The notes: generated by a model not told the origin, from the sequence alone. 64,000 nt of DNA from Longimicrobiales bacterium (GCA_965116905.1 OZ220732.1:1824001-1888000), one strand, 5' to 3'. Shown: positions 30,888 through 40,749, counted from the stretch's first letter. A program made the numbers and translations.

Positions 30888-31300
30888 AGGGCCTCTTCGT
30901 CGACACAAGCGCGTGGTACCCGCTCGCCGACCGCGGTCACCCCGACCACGCCGCACTGGCCCGGACGCTGCGGGAGCGGGTGCGGCAGGGCGCGCGTATC
31001 GTGACCACCAATGTCGTGGTGGGCGAGACGCACGCCCTGCTGCTTCGTCGGGCCGGACAAGCGGCCGCTCTCGCCTTCGTGGAGGCGGTCCGGCGGGCCC
31101 CGAACCGGATCGAGTGCGTCACGGCGGAGCGCGAGGAGGAGGCGATCGGTCGCTGGCTGGAACGCTTCGCCGACCAGAAGTTCTCTCTTGTCGATGCCTG
31201 CAGCTTCGCGGTGATGAGCGAGCTGGGCATCCGCGAGGCGCTGACGCTCGATCACCACTTTGCGGTTGCGGGGTTCGTGGTCCTGCCGGGGCAGGGCTGA
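30884..31300 (+). CDS. vapC: PIN-domain (VapC-like) toxin
   Basis: FVDTSAW, VVGET, SLVDACSF and TLDHHF. Confidence 0.85.
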   Translation: MKGLFVDTSAWYPLADRGHPDHAALARTLRERVRQGARIVTTNVVVGETHALLLRRAGQAAALAFVEAVRRAPNRIECVTAEREEEAIGRWLERFADQKFSLVDACSFAVMSELGIREALTLDHHFAVAGFVVLPGQG

Positions 31301-31302
31301 GG

Positions 31303-31575
31303 CTAAGCGCGCGGGGAGGAAGAAGCGGCAAAGGCCACCGCCAGCATTACGAGTGCTCCCGGGGCATAACCGATCCCTATCGAGGCCGCTCCCAGAACGC
31401 AGAAAGCCAGCATCACCACGGTGTTGACCCACAACAGAGTAATCGTCATGGCTCGGCCGCCAGGATTCGATACGGCGACTGCCAGGAACAATCCGGAAAC
31501 GACGATCGGCGCGAGCAGTGCCAGTACCGCCTGGAGTCCGTTCATCTCAATGAGGGAGGATGACAGCCCTGTCAC
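31303..31575 (-). CDS. Small membrane protein or gene fragment; start uncertain
   Basis: Three hydrophobic segments at the end of a long shadow ORF; locally lower GC. Confidence 0.4.
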   Translation of the reverse strand: MTGLSSSLIEMNGLQAVLALLAPIVVSGLFLAVAVSNPGGRAMTITLLWVNTVVMLAFCVLGAASIGIGYAPGALVMLAVAFAASSSPRA

Positions 31576-31788
31576 AATGGTGGTGGCCGTGCCGTCGGGA
31601 CCCAGGCTGGACTGGGTCGAGCAGGACAAGCCTGCCTGCCGAAGGGACTGCAAGGCTTGAACGAGTGCGGCCGGCGTGGTCCGAAGGGGCGCCGTGCGGC
31701 CGCGGATGTCTGGCCGCTTTCCCTCGCCGCCTCTACCATGTCGGGAGTCCACAGCCGACTTGCAGACCGTCCCGAGCCCGAGACCCGC

Positions 31789-33525
31789 ATGAACACCGAC
31801 CTTTACCGATCCAATCGCCGCGCTCGCGCAGCCACCGCGCCCGCCACCGCGCCCCTGGCCGCGTTCGTTGCCGCCGCAGCCCTCGTCGCAGCCGCCTGCA
31901 CCGAGGCCGGCCCCCCGTCCGGCCAGCCCGCCGACGCTGCTCCCTTCGACGTCCTCCTGACGAACGCCCGCGTCGTCGATGGCGCCGGCAACCCCTGGTT
32001 CCGAGCCGATGTCGGAGTGCGCGGAGACCGCATCGCCGCCGTGGGCAACCTCACGGGCCGCGAGGCCAGCCGCACGATCGACGCTGCCGACCGCGTGGTC
32101 GCGCCGGGCTTCGTCGACATGATGGGCCAGGCCAGCCTCGTGCTGATCACCGATCCGCCGAGCGCCGAAAGCAAGCTGCGCCAGGGCATCACCACCTACC
32201 TGTCCGGCGAAGGCGGCTCGGCCGCGCCCCAGAGCGAGGCCACGCTCAGCAATCCGCCCGTGATCGACGGCGACACGCTCCGCTGGCGGCGCTACTCCGA
32301 GTACTTCGCGATCATGGAGCGCTACGGGATCCCGATCAACGTGGTCCACGACGTCGGCCTGACCCAGGTGCGGCGCGTGGTGCTCGGCGACGAGGACGTC
32401 GCGCCTACGCCCGAGCAGCTCGAGCAGATGAAGGCGTTGGTAAGAGAGGGGATGGAGGATGGAGCCGTCGGCGTGTCCACGTCCCTGATCTATCCGCCAG
32501 CGATCTACGCGTCCACGGAGGAGTTGGTCGCCCTCAGCGCGGTGGCCGGCGAGTACGGTGGCGTCTACTTCACGCATATGAGGAACGAGAGCCACGCGGT
32601 TCTCGAAGCCATCCGCGAGGCCCTCACGATCGGCGAAGGCGCCGGCGTCCCCGTCCACATCTACCACCTCAAGGCGGCCGGCCAGCGCAACTGGCCCCTC
32701 ATGGACGAGGCCCTTGCGCTCATCGACTCGGCGCGCACCGCCGGCATGGACGTCACCGCCGACATCTACCCGTACGTGCGCAACGGCATCGGCCTGGGCT
32801 CGTTCCTGCACCCGCGCCACTACGCCCGCGGCACCGGGGCCTTCCTGGCCACGCTCGGCGACCCCGACCTGCGCGCCCGACTGCGCGAAGAGGTCGAGAC
32901 CGATCCCGACTGGGAGAACTGGTACCAGCACGTCGGGATGGACTGGAACAACGTGCTGATCGTCTCGGCATCGGACGCCGTCGATCCGGGCGTGGTGAAC
33001 CGCTCGGTGGCCGAGGCGGCCGAGGTCCTCGGCACCGATCCCTGGAACGCCTTCTTCGATCTCGTGCAGGCGGGCGGCGTCAGCGTGAACCCGCTCAGCA
33101 TGAACGAGGAGCAGAAGTGGGCGGCGCTCAGGGCGCCGTTCGTCATGATCGACACCGATGCCTCGCCGGTGAACCCGGCCTCCGTGTCGAGCACGCACCC
33201 CCGGGCCTTCGGGGCCTTCCCGCGCGTGATCGCCAAGTACGTGATGGAGGACGGCGTGATCACGCTCGAGGAGGCCGTGCGCCGCATGACCTCGCTGGCG
33301 GCCCACCGACTGGGCATGTACGACCGCGGCATCGTCGCTCCCGGGATGGCCGCCGACCTGGTCGTGTTCGATCCCGCGCGGCTGCGCGACCGGGCCGACT
33401 TCGGCGCCGACGCGACGCTGCAGTCCGAGGGCGTGGATTACCTGTTCGTGAACGGCGCGCTGGTCATCGACGACGGCGAGCTGACCGACGCCAGACCGGG
33501 GAGGCTGCTCAGGCGGGGGGGGTGA
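31789..33525 (+). CDS. N-acyl-D-amino-acid deacylase family lipoprotein
   Basis: Lipobox AAAC, VAPGFVD, THMRNE, HIYHLK, HPRAFGAFPR and AVRRMTSLAA. Confidence 0.85.
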   Translation: MNTDLYRSNRRARAATAPATAPLAAFVAAAALVAAACTEAGPPSGQPADAAPFDVLLTNARVVDGAGNPWFRADVGVRGDRIAAVGNLTGREASRTIDAADRVVAPGFVDMMGQASLVLITDPPSAESKLRQGITTYLSGEGGSAAPQSEATLSNPPVIDGDTLRWRRYSEYFAIMERYGIPINVVHDVGLTQVRRVVLGDEDVAPTPEQLEQMKALVREGMEDGAVGVSTSLIYPPAIYASTEELVALSAVAGEYGGVYFTHMRNESHAVLEAIREALTIGEGAGVPVHIYHLKAAGQRNWPLMDEALALIDSARTAGMDVTADIYPYVRNGIGLGSFLHPRHYARGTGAFLATLGDPDLRARLREEVETDPDWENWYQHVGMDWNNVLIVSASDAVDPGVVNRSVAEAAEVLGTDPWNAFFDLVQAGGVSVNPLSMNEEQKWAALRAPFVMIDTDASPVNPASVSSTHPRAFGAFPRVIAKYVMEDGVITLEEAVRRMTSLAAHRLGMYDRGIVAPGMAADLVVFDPARLRDRADFGADATLQSEGVDYLFVNGALVIDDGELTDARPGRLLRRGG

Positions 33526-33787
33526 GGGGCTGCGTCGCGGCCGGGACGAATCGCGGCAGCGGATGAGCGCTCTGCGTTTCAGCTGAAACGTTTTTCGGCG
33601 GGTGGCGCGGATCTACAGCGTCAGGTTGAACGGTCTGCTGTAGTTGATCACCAGCTGGCGTGGATGAAGCCGCGCGGGCACCGGGAGGGGCGAGGTGCCG
33701 GGCTGGCATGTGGTTGTTGATTCGCATCTTCTTGCGGTAAATGCATTTGCGTGTTCGACAGCCCGGATTCCCGCTGTTTGACTCCCG

Positions 33788-34691
33788 CTATTGCCGGTTT
33801 CCGTCGCGAGCCCGGCAGCGGTCTTCCAGAGCCTTCCCGTCCAAGAGGATCGCCCCTCGCGCCTCGCTCAACGCGGAGAGTGCCTCGGGAGTGACGGGAG
33901 TGGCGTGTTCATAGCCGGACTTGTCGTGCTCGGCGCGCCAGAGGATCGTCCCGCCCTCGAAGTCGATGTCCGCCCACCGAAGCTGGCGGATGGAACCGAT
34001 CCGGTGCCCCGTCTCGTGCGCGAGCACGAGCGCGACGTGAAACCGCCAGTCCACCCGGCGCGACACCTTCAGCAGCGCCCGGTACTCCTCCTCAGTGAGC
34101 ACCACCCGGGTGGGGTTCTTTTCCGTGGGGGTCCTGAGACCTCTCAGCGGATTCCGGTCGAGCAACCACCGGCCTGCTCGTCCCGGGACTTCGCGGCCCA
34201 ATTCAGGACCGCGACCAGGAGCTTGAGGTCGTATTCGACGGTTCGATCCGAAACGTGCCTGCCGCTCGGGCCGATCCTGCCCGCCCTCCGCTCCCGGATG
34301 AAACGGTCCCAGTCCCGTTGTGACAGGGTGGCGGGGTCGCGGCTTCGTCCGAAGAACCGGAGGAACATCCGCATCGCGGCGCGGTCATGCCCCCGCGAAT
34401 GAGCGCCCTTGGTGGGCGTCACCTCCTCACCGTAGATGTCAAAGAGCTTCTCCAGCGTGAGCAGCTCGGGCTTGGCCTCTCCGGCGCGTCGATGAACCCG
34501 GCGGCGAACTGATCCGCCTGCCTCTTTGCGCGCCTCCAGTCGCGATGTTTCAGCGACCGGCTCAGCCTTCGGCCGTTCTCGCGCCACCCAATCTGAAAGA
34601 GGCCGGTCTTGGGGTCGGGAAAGATCGTCACCCGGTTCCGGCCCCACTCGCCGGCGCCGTAGCTCCGCCGGCTTCGTTTCGTGCGTGCCAT
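33788..34691 (-). pseudogene. Tyrosine recombinase/integrase pseudogene
   Basis: Pieces in three frames: MARTKRSRRSYGAGEWGRNR..., ...LTLEKLFDIY...DRTVEYDLK..., ...LAHETGHRIGSIRQLRWADIDF...; frameshifts near 34480 and 34172; HxxR and Tyr segment absent. Confidence 0.85.
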
Positions 34692-34916
34692 CGTTCGATT
34701 CCTCTCGATTGATGGACTGCACGATCTGCGCAACGCAATCTCGCTGGCCGCGGGCTGTTTGACCAGTGCGACACCCGTGCCGTTCAGTTCGCGAAGCCGA
34801 CCCGAGCCCTTCGTCGAGAACCGATGGAGGAGTGGCCGCCAAGGCCGTTCCCGTATCCGAGGCCGCGCCGGACGGCTCGGGACGATCACCCAAGTCGTTT
34901 CTCGGGCTTCTGGGAC

Positions 34917-35450
34917 CTACCTCCGTCGCGCCCAAAGCCAACGTAACATGCCCGAACGCTCCGGAGCGGACACCTGAGGCTCAACATGGGATGCGTACGC
35001 CTTCTTTATCGCATCCTTCATAGCGTGCCGGTAGGCTTCCTCTGCTTCGCGCAAGGCCGATTCCCGTTGGTCGGTCAAGTTCTGGTCCGGAGGTACTTGT
35101 CCGAGAGCAGCCGTGAGTTCCTTCCTTTTCGTTTGAGCTTCGGAACCAGCATCATCGACTCTTCGTCTCAACTCCTCTGGAACCGCCGGTCGCGCGCGTT
35201 CGAATACCGCTCTCGCCGCCTCAAGCAGCCTTCGTCGGCGCTTGAGCGCTGCCTGCGCCGGATCATCGCCCTCGACGTGCGGCGCTACGGTCGAAGGCAG
35301 GTCAACCATATCAATGTGGGCTTGCAGAAGTATGGTTAGCCGCTCACCTCGCTGTTGCGATTCCCTCTGGCGGCGGGAAATCGTCCGGCTAAACCAACCA
35401 GAAATGATGGCGGCAATGACGCCACTGAAGAGGATCGTCGGCCAATCCAT
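34917..35450 (-). CDS. Hypothetical protein with an N-terminal TM anchor and helical body
   Basis: MDWPTILFSGVIAAIISGWF followed by a charged helical region; locally lower GC. Confidence 0.55.
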   Translation of the reverse strand: MDWPTILFSGVIAAIISGWFSRTISRRQRESQQRGERLTILLQAHIDMVDLPSTVAPHVEGDDPAQAALKRRRRLLEAARAVFERARPAVPEELRRRVDDAGSEAQTKRKELTAALGQVPPDQNLTDQRESALREAEEAYRHAMKDAIKKAYASHVEPQVSAPERSGMLRWLWARRR

Positions 35451-36194
35451 CGCTTCGCTATTTTCCAAAATGAGAATTTGCCCAAGCCCACCCAACTCAA
35501 ACGTGCGGCACGCCAGCAACCTTCGCAAGGAGACTGAAGCTTCGGGGAGCCATCGCGTTCTGGTGACGCCCCCTGCTTCGCTCAGCGCATGCTGGCCCTC
35601 CCGCAGGGATATTTGTTCGGGAGCGACCCGGCATGAGGGGCGAGGGTGTGCAAGCACGCTCGCCTCTATTGCCGTACCGATCCTTCGGCGAGGGGGTCGC
35701 TCCCCTCCACGGCCTGAGTGGCTACTGTTGCCACGACCGGCCGTGCGGCGGTACCGCAAGACCTTGCCGTGCCGACGGATACGCCGGGGTAGCCGGTGTG
35801 CATCACCGGAACGCCAAAGTGTGCATCGACCCCCGTTGTTTCTTTCACACCTCCGGCCCGGCACGAGACATCAGGCCTCCCAGTAGAATCGAGCCCCGGT
35901 CGGCCGATCCGTCATCCACGTGTCGACCCGTTCCGTCCGCCCCGCACGCCTGCGCGCGCGATGCTCAAGTGCGACGGCGCGCTTCAGGGCGGCCTGCAGG
36001 ACTCCTGACCGAGCTACATGCGAGAGGGAGGCAAGAACCCCGACCAAACCAGCGCCCGACACAGTGTTGCAGAAAGCCGACTTGGTCCCCATCCTGTGGT
36101 TAGTCGATCCGGGTCTGCTCCGCGAAAGCCGCGTCACTGGAATCGAGGGCGGCGCCCCGAAGGTTCGGACATCAGCACCGCCCGGGAGGAAAGC

Positions 36195-37544
36195 ATGAGC
36201 AGGGCGCACTTGGGACCGATCGTCGTCGCACTGGCCGTTGTCCCGCCCGGCGCGGCGCAGGCCCAGGAGGCTTTTGGGGCGGTCGTATGCGTGGGGAGCA
36301 AGTTGGAGAGCATGGCGAACGCCGGGCCGGTACGGCGGGTGGTCCAGAAGGATGTCGAGCTGGTCTACCGCGCGGCGGTCGCATTCGCGGACCGGGACCG
36401 GATCGAAGCGGGCCTTGTGGAGGAGTTGGAACAGACGGAGGTCCGCTGCGTGTGGTCGGAGCCCGGGAACACGCATGTGGTGGTGGTGAAGTACACGGGG
36501 GTGATTCCGCTCGACCTGACGATCGACCCGGATGATCCGCGATTCGACGGTTTTTCGGTGGGGTACGGAACGGACTGGGATGGAGCGGAGGCGAACGCGA
36601 GGCTCGACGCCCGTTTCGACACGTACTACGACCGCCAGGGCTACGAGGTGATCGTGCGGGAACAGTGGAATGCGGGGGGTGCGCGGCAGCCCGCCGGCGC
36701 GGCGCGGGAGGCGCCCCGCCCGGCTGCGGCGGCGGTTGCACCGGGTGGAGGAGGGGACCGGCGGGCCGGCGAGCGCTTCAGTGACTGCGCGGCCTGCCCG
36801 GAGATGGCGGTGGTGCCCGCGGGAAGCTTCATGATGGGGTCGCCGGAGTCGGAGGAGGGGAGGTGGGACGACGAGGGGCCACGCCGCCGGGTGACGATCG
36901 GCAGGCCGTTTGCGGTGGGCGTGTACGAGGTGACGTTCCCCGAGTGGGACGCGTGCGTGGCGTCCGGAGGGTGCGGGGGCTACCGGCCGGGGGATGAGGG
37001 GTGGGGGCGTGGGAGCCGCCCGGTGATCAACGTAAGCTGGGAGGATGCGCGGGAGTACGTCCGGTGGCTGTCCCGGGAGACCGGCGAGGAGTACCGGCTG
37101 CTGACGGAGGCGGAATGGGAGTACGTAGCCCGGGCCGGGACGCAGACGGCGCGGTACTGGGGGGAGAGTGAGTCGGGGCAGTGCCGGTTTGGCAATGGAG
37201 CGGATGCAGCGGCGTTGGCGGAAAACCCGGACTGGATAACGGTATCCTGCAATGACGGTTACAGTCGGACAGCGCTGGTAGGCCTGTTCGAGCCGAACGG
37301 ATTTGGACTGTACGATGTTCTGGGGAATGTCTGGGAGTGGACGCAGGACTGCTGGAACGAGAGCTATTCGGGGGCACCGGCGGATGGCAGCGCGTGGAGT
37401 TCGGGTGATTGTTCCCTGCGTGTGTTGCGCGGCGGCGCCTGGTACCTCGAACCGGGGAACCTCCGTTCGGCGTACCGCGACAGGGACTCGACCGGGACCC
37501 GGAACAACCGCCTCGGTTTCCGGGTCGCCCAGACCATGAATTGA
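36195..37544 (+). CDS. Secreted FGE/SUMF1 (CLec-fold) protein; putative DGR target
   Basis: GGGAGG RBS, signal peptide, CPEMAVVPAGSFMMGS, RLLTEAEWEY.ARAG, GLYDVLGNVWEW and C-terminal RGGAW...LRSAYR...GFRVA. Confidence 0.88.
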   Translation: MSRAHLGPIVVALAVVPPGAAQAQEAFGAVVCVGSKLESMANAGPVRRVVQKDVELVYRAAVAFADRDRIEAGLVEELEQTEVRCVWSEPGNTHVVVVKYTGVIPLDLTIDPDDPRFDGFSVGYGTDWDGAEANARLDARFDTYYDRQGYEVIVREQWNAGGARQPAGAAREAPRPAAAAVAPGGGGDRRAGERFSDCAACPEMAVVPAGSFMMGSPESEEGRWDDEGPRRRVTIGRPFAVGVYEVTFPEWDACVASGGCGGYRPGDEGWGRGSRPVINVSWEDAREYVRWLSRETGEEYRLLTEAEWEYVARAGTQTARYWGESESGQCRFGNGADAAALAENPDWITVSCNDGYSRTALVGLFEPNGFGLYDVLGNVWEWTQDCWNESYSGAPADGSAWSSGDCSLRVLRGGAWYLEPGNLRSAYRDRDSTGTRNNRLGFRVAQTMN

Positions 37545-37602
37545 CTCCTGCATCCTTACCTTCTCACCTCCTGCGCGGGGGTCCAGGGACGGCGCCCCCT
37601 GG
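37418..37602 (+). other. Putative DGR variable region, pyrimidine-rich spacer and degenerate hairpin
   Basis: NNC codons at the usual variable positions; CCAGGG(37583-37588)/CCCTGG(37597-37602) stem after the stop. Confidence 0.6.
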
Positions 37603-37676
37603 TCGCGGCACGCGACCATAGTCAGATACCCGGACCGGAAGCAGACTTGACGCAAGCGGAGGCGAACGAATCGAGT

Positions 37677-37814
37677 GTGCCTCGCCCGGAGGCGCCAAAG
37701 CACTCCGGCGATGGCGCCCGTGAGACCGGTCCCGCCCTCGAGCTCGACTACCGCTTCATCCTCTGGCTCGTCCCCACGCTGGACCGGTTCCGGCCCGATG
37801 CGCCGGCGCCGTAG
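37677..37814 (+). pseudogene. avd: Truncated DGR accessory variability determinant (N-terminal fragment)
   Basis: My translation: MPRPEAPKHSGDGARETGPALELDYRFILWLVPTLDRFRPDAPAP*; the TGPALE..YRFILWLVPT.DRF segment resembles Avd helix 1 as I recall the family; GGAGG upstream. Confidence 0.65.
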
Positions 37815-37840
37815 GAGCGCCGGCTTCGTTTCGTGCGTGC
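37784..37840 (-). pseudogene. Second integrase fragment (N-terminus)
   Basis: 51/57 nt identical to 34632-34688; encodes ARTKRSRRSYGAGASGRNR. Confidence 0.8.
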
Positions 37841-38327
37841 GACCTGCGCGTTGTGAAACTCTGCGCGGGCAGGCGCGTCGTTACCGACGGGCGGTTGACC
37901 GCGTACTGGGTGTTGCGGCATTCGGTCCAACTACACCGAGCACCAGTCGGACGGTGGGCGGAGGCGCCGCCCGAGCATCATCCCCGTTCCGCCCCGGCCA
38001 CGAGGCCCCGAGCGCGGCGGGGGAGGGTTCGAGCGATGACCCCTTGATGTTGGCATTACAGTGTGACCAGTGTTCGAACGACCATCGCGTCGACCATCGC
38101 GCGCGGCAACCCGGATGTCCTATTTTGCACTGCCGACCTGGCGTTCCAGCGAATCGGAAGGAGTTACCATGGGGCAAGAAGATGCCCACCAAACAGACCG
38201 ACAGCGGTGCCGCGACCGGTTGCCAGTGCGAGCCATGGGCGATGGCCGATACGTTCTGCGGCTCGATTGTGGAGAGCATGCTTCCCGGTGTCGCTGGAGG
38301 CAGGCTGGACGCGCCTGAGTCTGACAC

Positions 38328-40682
38328 GTGACTACACCTACCGAGGCCCGACCGAAGACCATCGACGGACGCGCTCGCACCGTCTGGGATCTGCTCCACA
38401 GGGCCAAGTACGCTATCGATTTCTACCAGCGGGAGTACGCATGGAAGGAGCGTCAGGTCCGCGAGCTGATCGACGACCTCACGGGCAAGTTCCTCGACTC
38501 GTACGAACCCGGTCATTCGCGTCACGAGGGTGAGAGGTACGGCCACTACTTCCTCGGCTCCATCGTCATCAGCCACAAGCGCGGACAGCGGTTCGTCGTG
38601 GACGGACAACAGCGCCTGACGACATTGACGCTCCTGCTCATCCACCTCCATCGGCTTCAGGAGGGGCGCGACAAGACCGTAGAGGTGCAGCATCTCGTCT
38701 ACTCTGATTATCGCGGTCGGAAGAGCTTCAACCTTGACGTTCCCGACCGGGCAGAGGTGATGGAGAAGCTGATGGCCGGCAAGCCGCCTGAGGTGAACGG
38801 CGAGAGCGAATCCGTCCGCAATATCGTCGCCCGGTACAGCAACATCGCGGACCACCTTCCCGAAGAGGTAACCGGGTCCGCACTTCCCAGTTTCGTGGAC
38901 TGGCTGTTGTACAACGTGCACCTCGTCGAGATCGAAGCATTCTCGGATGAGGACGCCTACACGATCTTCGAGACGATGAACGACCGGGGCCTGAGCTTGA
39001 GCCTCCCGGAGATGCTCAAGGGGTACGTGCTGGCCAACATCCGCCAAGAGGACGACCAGAAGGCGGTGAACCAGACTTGGAAGAGCCACATGCAACGCCT
39101 GAAGGAACTGGGCGATGAGGAGGACGTGGACTTCTTCAAGAACTGGCTCCGCGCGCGGCACGCCGAGACTATCCGGGCCGGGAAGAAGGGAGCGGAGAAC
39201 CGCGACTACGAGCGGATCGGCACGGAATTCCATCGTTGGGTGCGGGACCAGCGCCAGCGGCTGGGGCTCACCGAGTCCGACGCCTTCTACCGCTTCGTCT
39301 CCCGCGATCTCAACTTCTACGCTCGACGCTCGGCCGAGATCCGCAAGGCCGCGGGCAATCTGACGCCCGACTGGGAGTCCGTCTACTACAACGAGGACCG
39401 GGGGTTCACCCTCCAGACCCAAGCTCTGCTTGCCCCCCTCGCGCCGGACGACGATGCCGACGAGATCAGGCGGAAGGTCGCACTTGTGGCTGACTTCCTC
39501 GACATCTGGCTGGCACGGCGGGTGTGGAACTTTCGCACGATCAGCTACTCGTCGGTCAAGTACACGCTGTTCACCCTGACGAGAGAACTGCGCGCGAAGG
39601 ACTCTGGCGACCTGTCGGCGTTTCTGCTCGGGCAACTCGACGAGCAGCAGGAGCGCTTCGCTAGCGAGCCCCGCTTCCGGCTGCACCATCAGAACTACCG
39701 GCAGGTGAGGCACATCCTGGCTCGGCTGTCGCACTGGGTAGACGTGCGGTGCGGCCTATCGTCGAGCTTTCAGGACCTAGCTTCGAGAGGACGGGCACGA
39801 CCGTTCGAAATCGAGCACATCTGGGCGGACCACTACGACCGGTTCAGCGACTGGTTCGCCCACCCGAGCGACTTCCAAACCGAGCGCAACAAGCTCGGGG
39901 GCCTGCTCCTCCTACAGCGCGGTGTGAATCAGAGCATCGGTGACGCCACCTACGAGGCCAAGCGGGACGCCTACCTCTCGAACAGCCAGAACCTCCTCGC
40001 TCGGAGCCTTCACCCGCTCGCGTACAAGAACCTGCCCGAATTCCAGCGGCTGCTGGACCGGACGGGCCTGCCGTTCCGCGCCTACGACTCATTCGGTCCC
40101 GAGCAGCTGGCGCAGCGACAGGAACTCTACATTCGCATCGCCGAGTGGGTGTGGAATCCGTCGCGACTCGATCTCGACGGGGAGAAGCCGCCTACGCCAG
40201 AACTCATCGCTGAGCATCAGAAGGAGGTGTCGAACGCGACCGGCCGACGGGACCGGAGCGATGCGTGCTTTGACTTCTGGCAAGCCCTCCTGGCCCATGC
40301 GAAAGAGGTCTCCGACCTACATTCGCGGATTTCGGCGAGCCGCATGAACTGGATCGGCACGCGGAGACACGGGCAGTGGTGGAACTACGTGGTCCTGCAA
40401 CATGAGGCGCGAGTGGAACTGTATATCGACGCTCCGCAGGCCGCGGACAACAAGGCCCTGTTCGACGCTCTGTACAGCGACCGTGAGGCCATCGAGGCCG
40501 ATTTCGGCGCGGCGCTCTACTGGCAGCGTCTCGACGACAAACGCGCTTCCCGGATCAGTTTCGCCGTACCGGGAGGGTGGGTGGACTCCGAGGCTTGGCC
40601 GTCTGCGGTTAGTCGCGCCGTCGACGCGATGCAGCGTTTGTACAACGCTATTTCCCCTCGCGTCGAGGTCGCCACGGCGTGA
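38328..40682 (+). CDS. GmrSD-family type IV restriction protein (DUF262-DUF1524) with C-terminal DUF4268-like domain
   Basis: YQREYAW, VVDGQQRLTT, FETMNDRG, IEHIW...N.LGGLLLL...N; C-terminal ARVELYID...F.AL...IE..FG..L.WQRL. Confidence 0.85.
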   Translation: MTTPTEARPKTIDGRARTVWDLLHRAKYAIDFYQREYAWKERQVRELIDDLTGKFLDSYEPGHSRHEGERYGHYFLGSIVISHKRGQRFVVDGQQRLTTLTLLLIHLHRLQEGRDKTVEVQHLVYSDYRGRKSFNLDVPDRAEVMEKLMAGKPPEVNGESESVRNIVARYSNIADHLPEEVTGSALPSFVDWLLYNVHLVEIEAFSDEDAYTIFETMNDRGLSLSLPEMLKGYVLANIRQEDDQKAVNQTWKSHMQRLKELGDEEDVDFFKNWLRARHAETIRAGKKGAENRDYERIGTEFHRWVRDQRQRLGLTESDAFYRFVSRDLNFYARRSAEIRKAAGNLTPDWESVYYNEDRGFTLQTQALLAPLAPDDDADEIRRKVALVADFLDIWLARRVWNFRTISYSSVKYTLFTLTRELRAKDSGDLSAFLLGQLDEQQERFASEPRFRLHHQNYRQVRHILARLSHWVDVRCGLSSSFQDLASRGRARPFEIEHIWADHYDRFSDWFAHPSDFQTERNKLGGLLLLQRGVNQSIGDATYEAKRDAYLSNSQNLLARSLHPLAYKNLPEFQRLLDRTGLPFRAYDSFGPEQLAQRQELYIRIAEWVWNPSRLDLDGEKPPTPELIAEHQKEVSNATGRRDRSDACFDFWQALLAHAKEVSDLHSRISASRMNWIGTRRHGQWWNYVVLQHEARVELYIDAPQAADNKALFDALYSDREAIEADFGAALYWQRLDDKRASRISFAVPGGWVDSEAWPSAVSRAVDAMQRLYNAISPRVEVATA

Positions 40683-40749
40683 ACGGTACGGTGTTCGCGG
40701 TTCCGTTCATGCTCCTTCCCAAGGCGTGGTTCTGGCCCAAGTTCGCTGG

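Noticed and set aside
31576..33306. Long antisense ORFs such as 31303-33306, 37881-39734, 25740-27713, 56831-59182 and 17846-19468
   Set aside because: Expected in high-GC DNA opposite well-supported genes; no recognisable motifs.
33700..33790. tRNA or tRNA fragment at the integrase end
   Set aside because: GTTCGAC is present, but no cloverleaf or CCA end could be built.
34160..34500. Programmed frameshifting in the integrase
   Set aside because: The paralogous fragment at 49485 shows a 10-nt deletion at the first shift, and the catalytic C-terminal segment is missing; this is decay.
35871..37703. 610-aa minus-strand ORF over the FGE gene
   Set aside because: Antisense shadow with Arg/Pro-rich composition; the plus-strand gene carries the real motifs.
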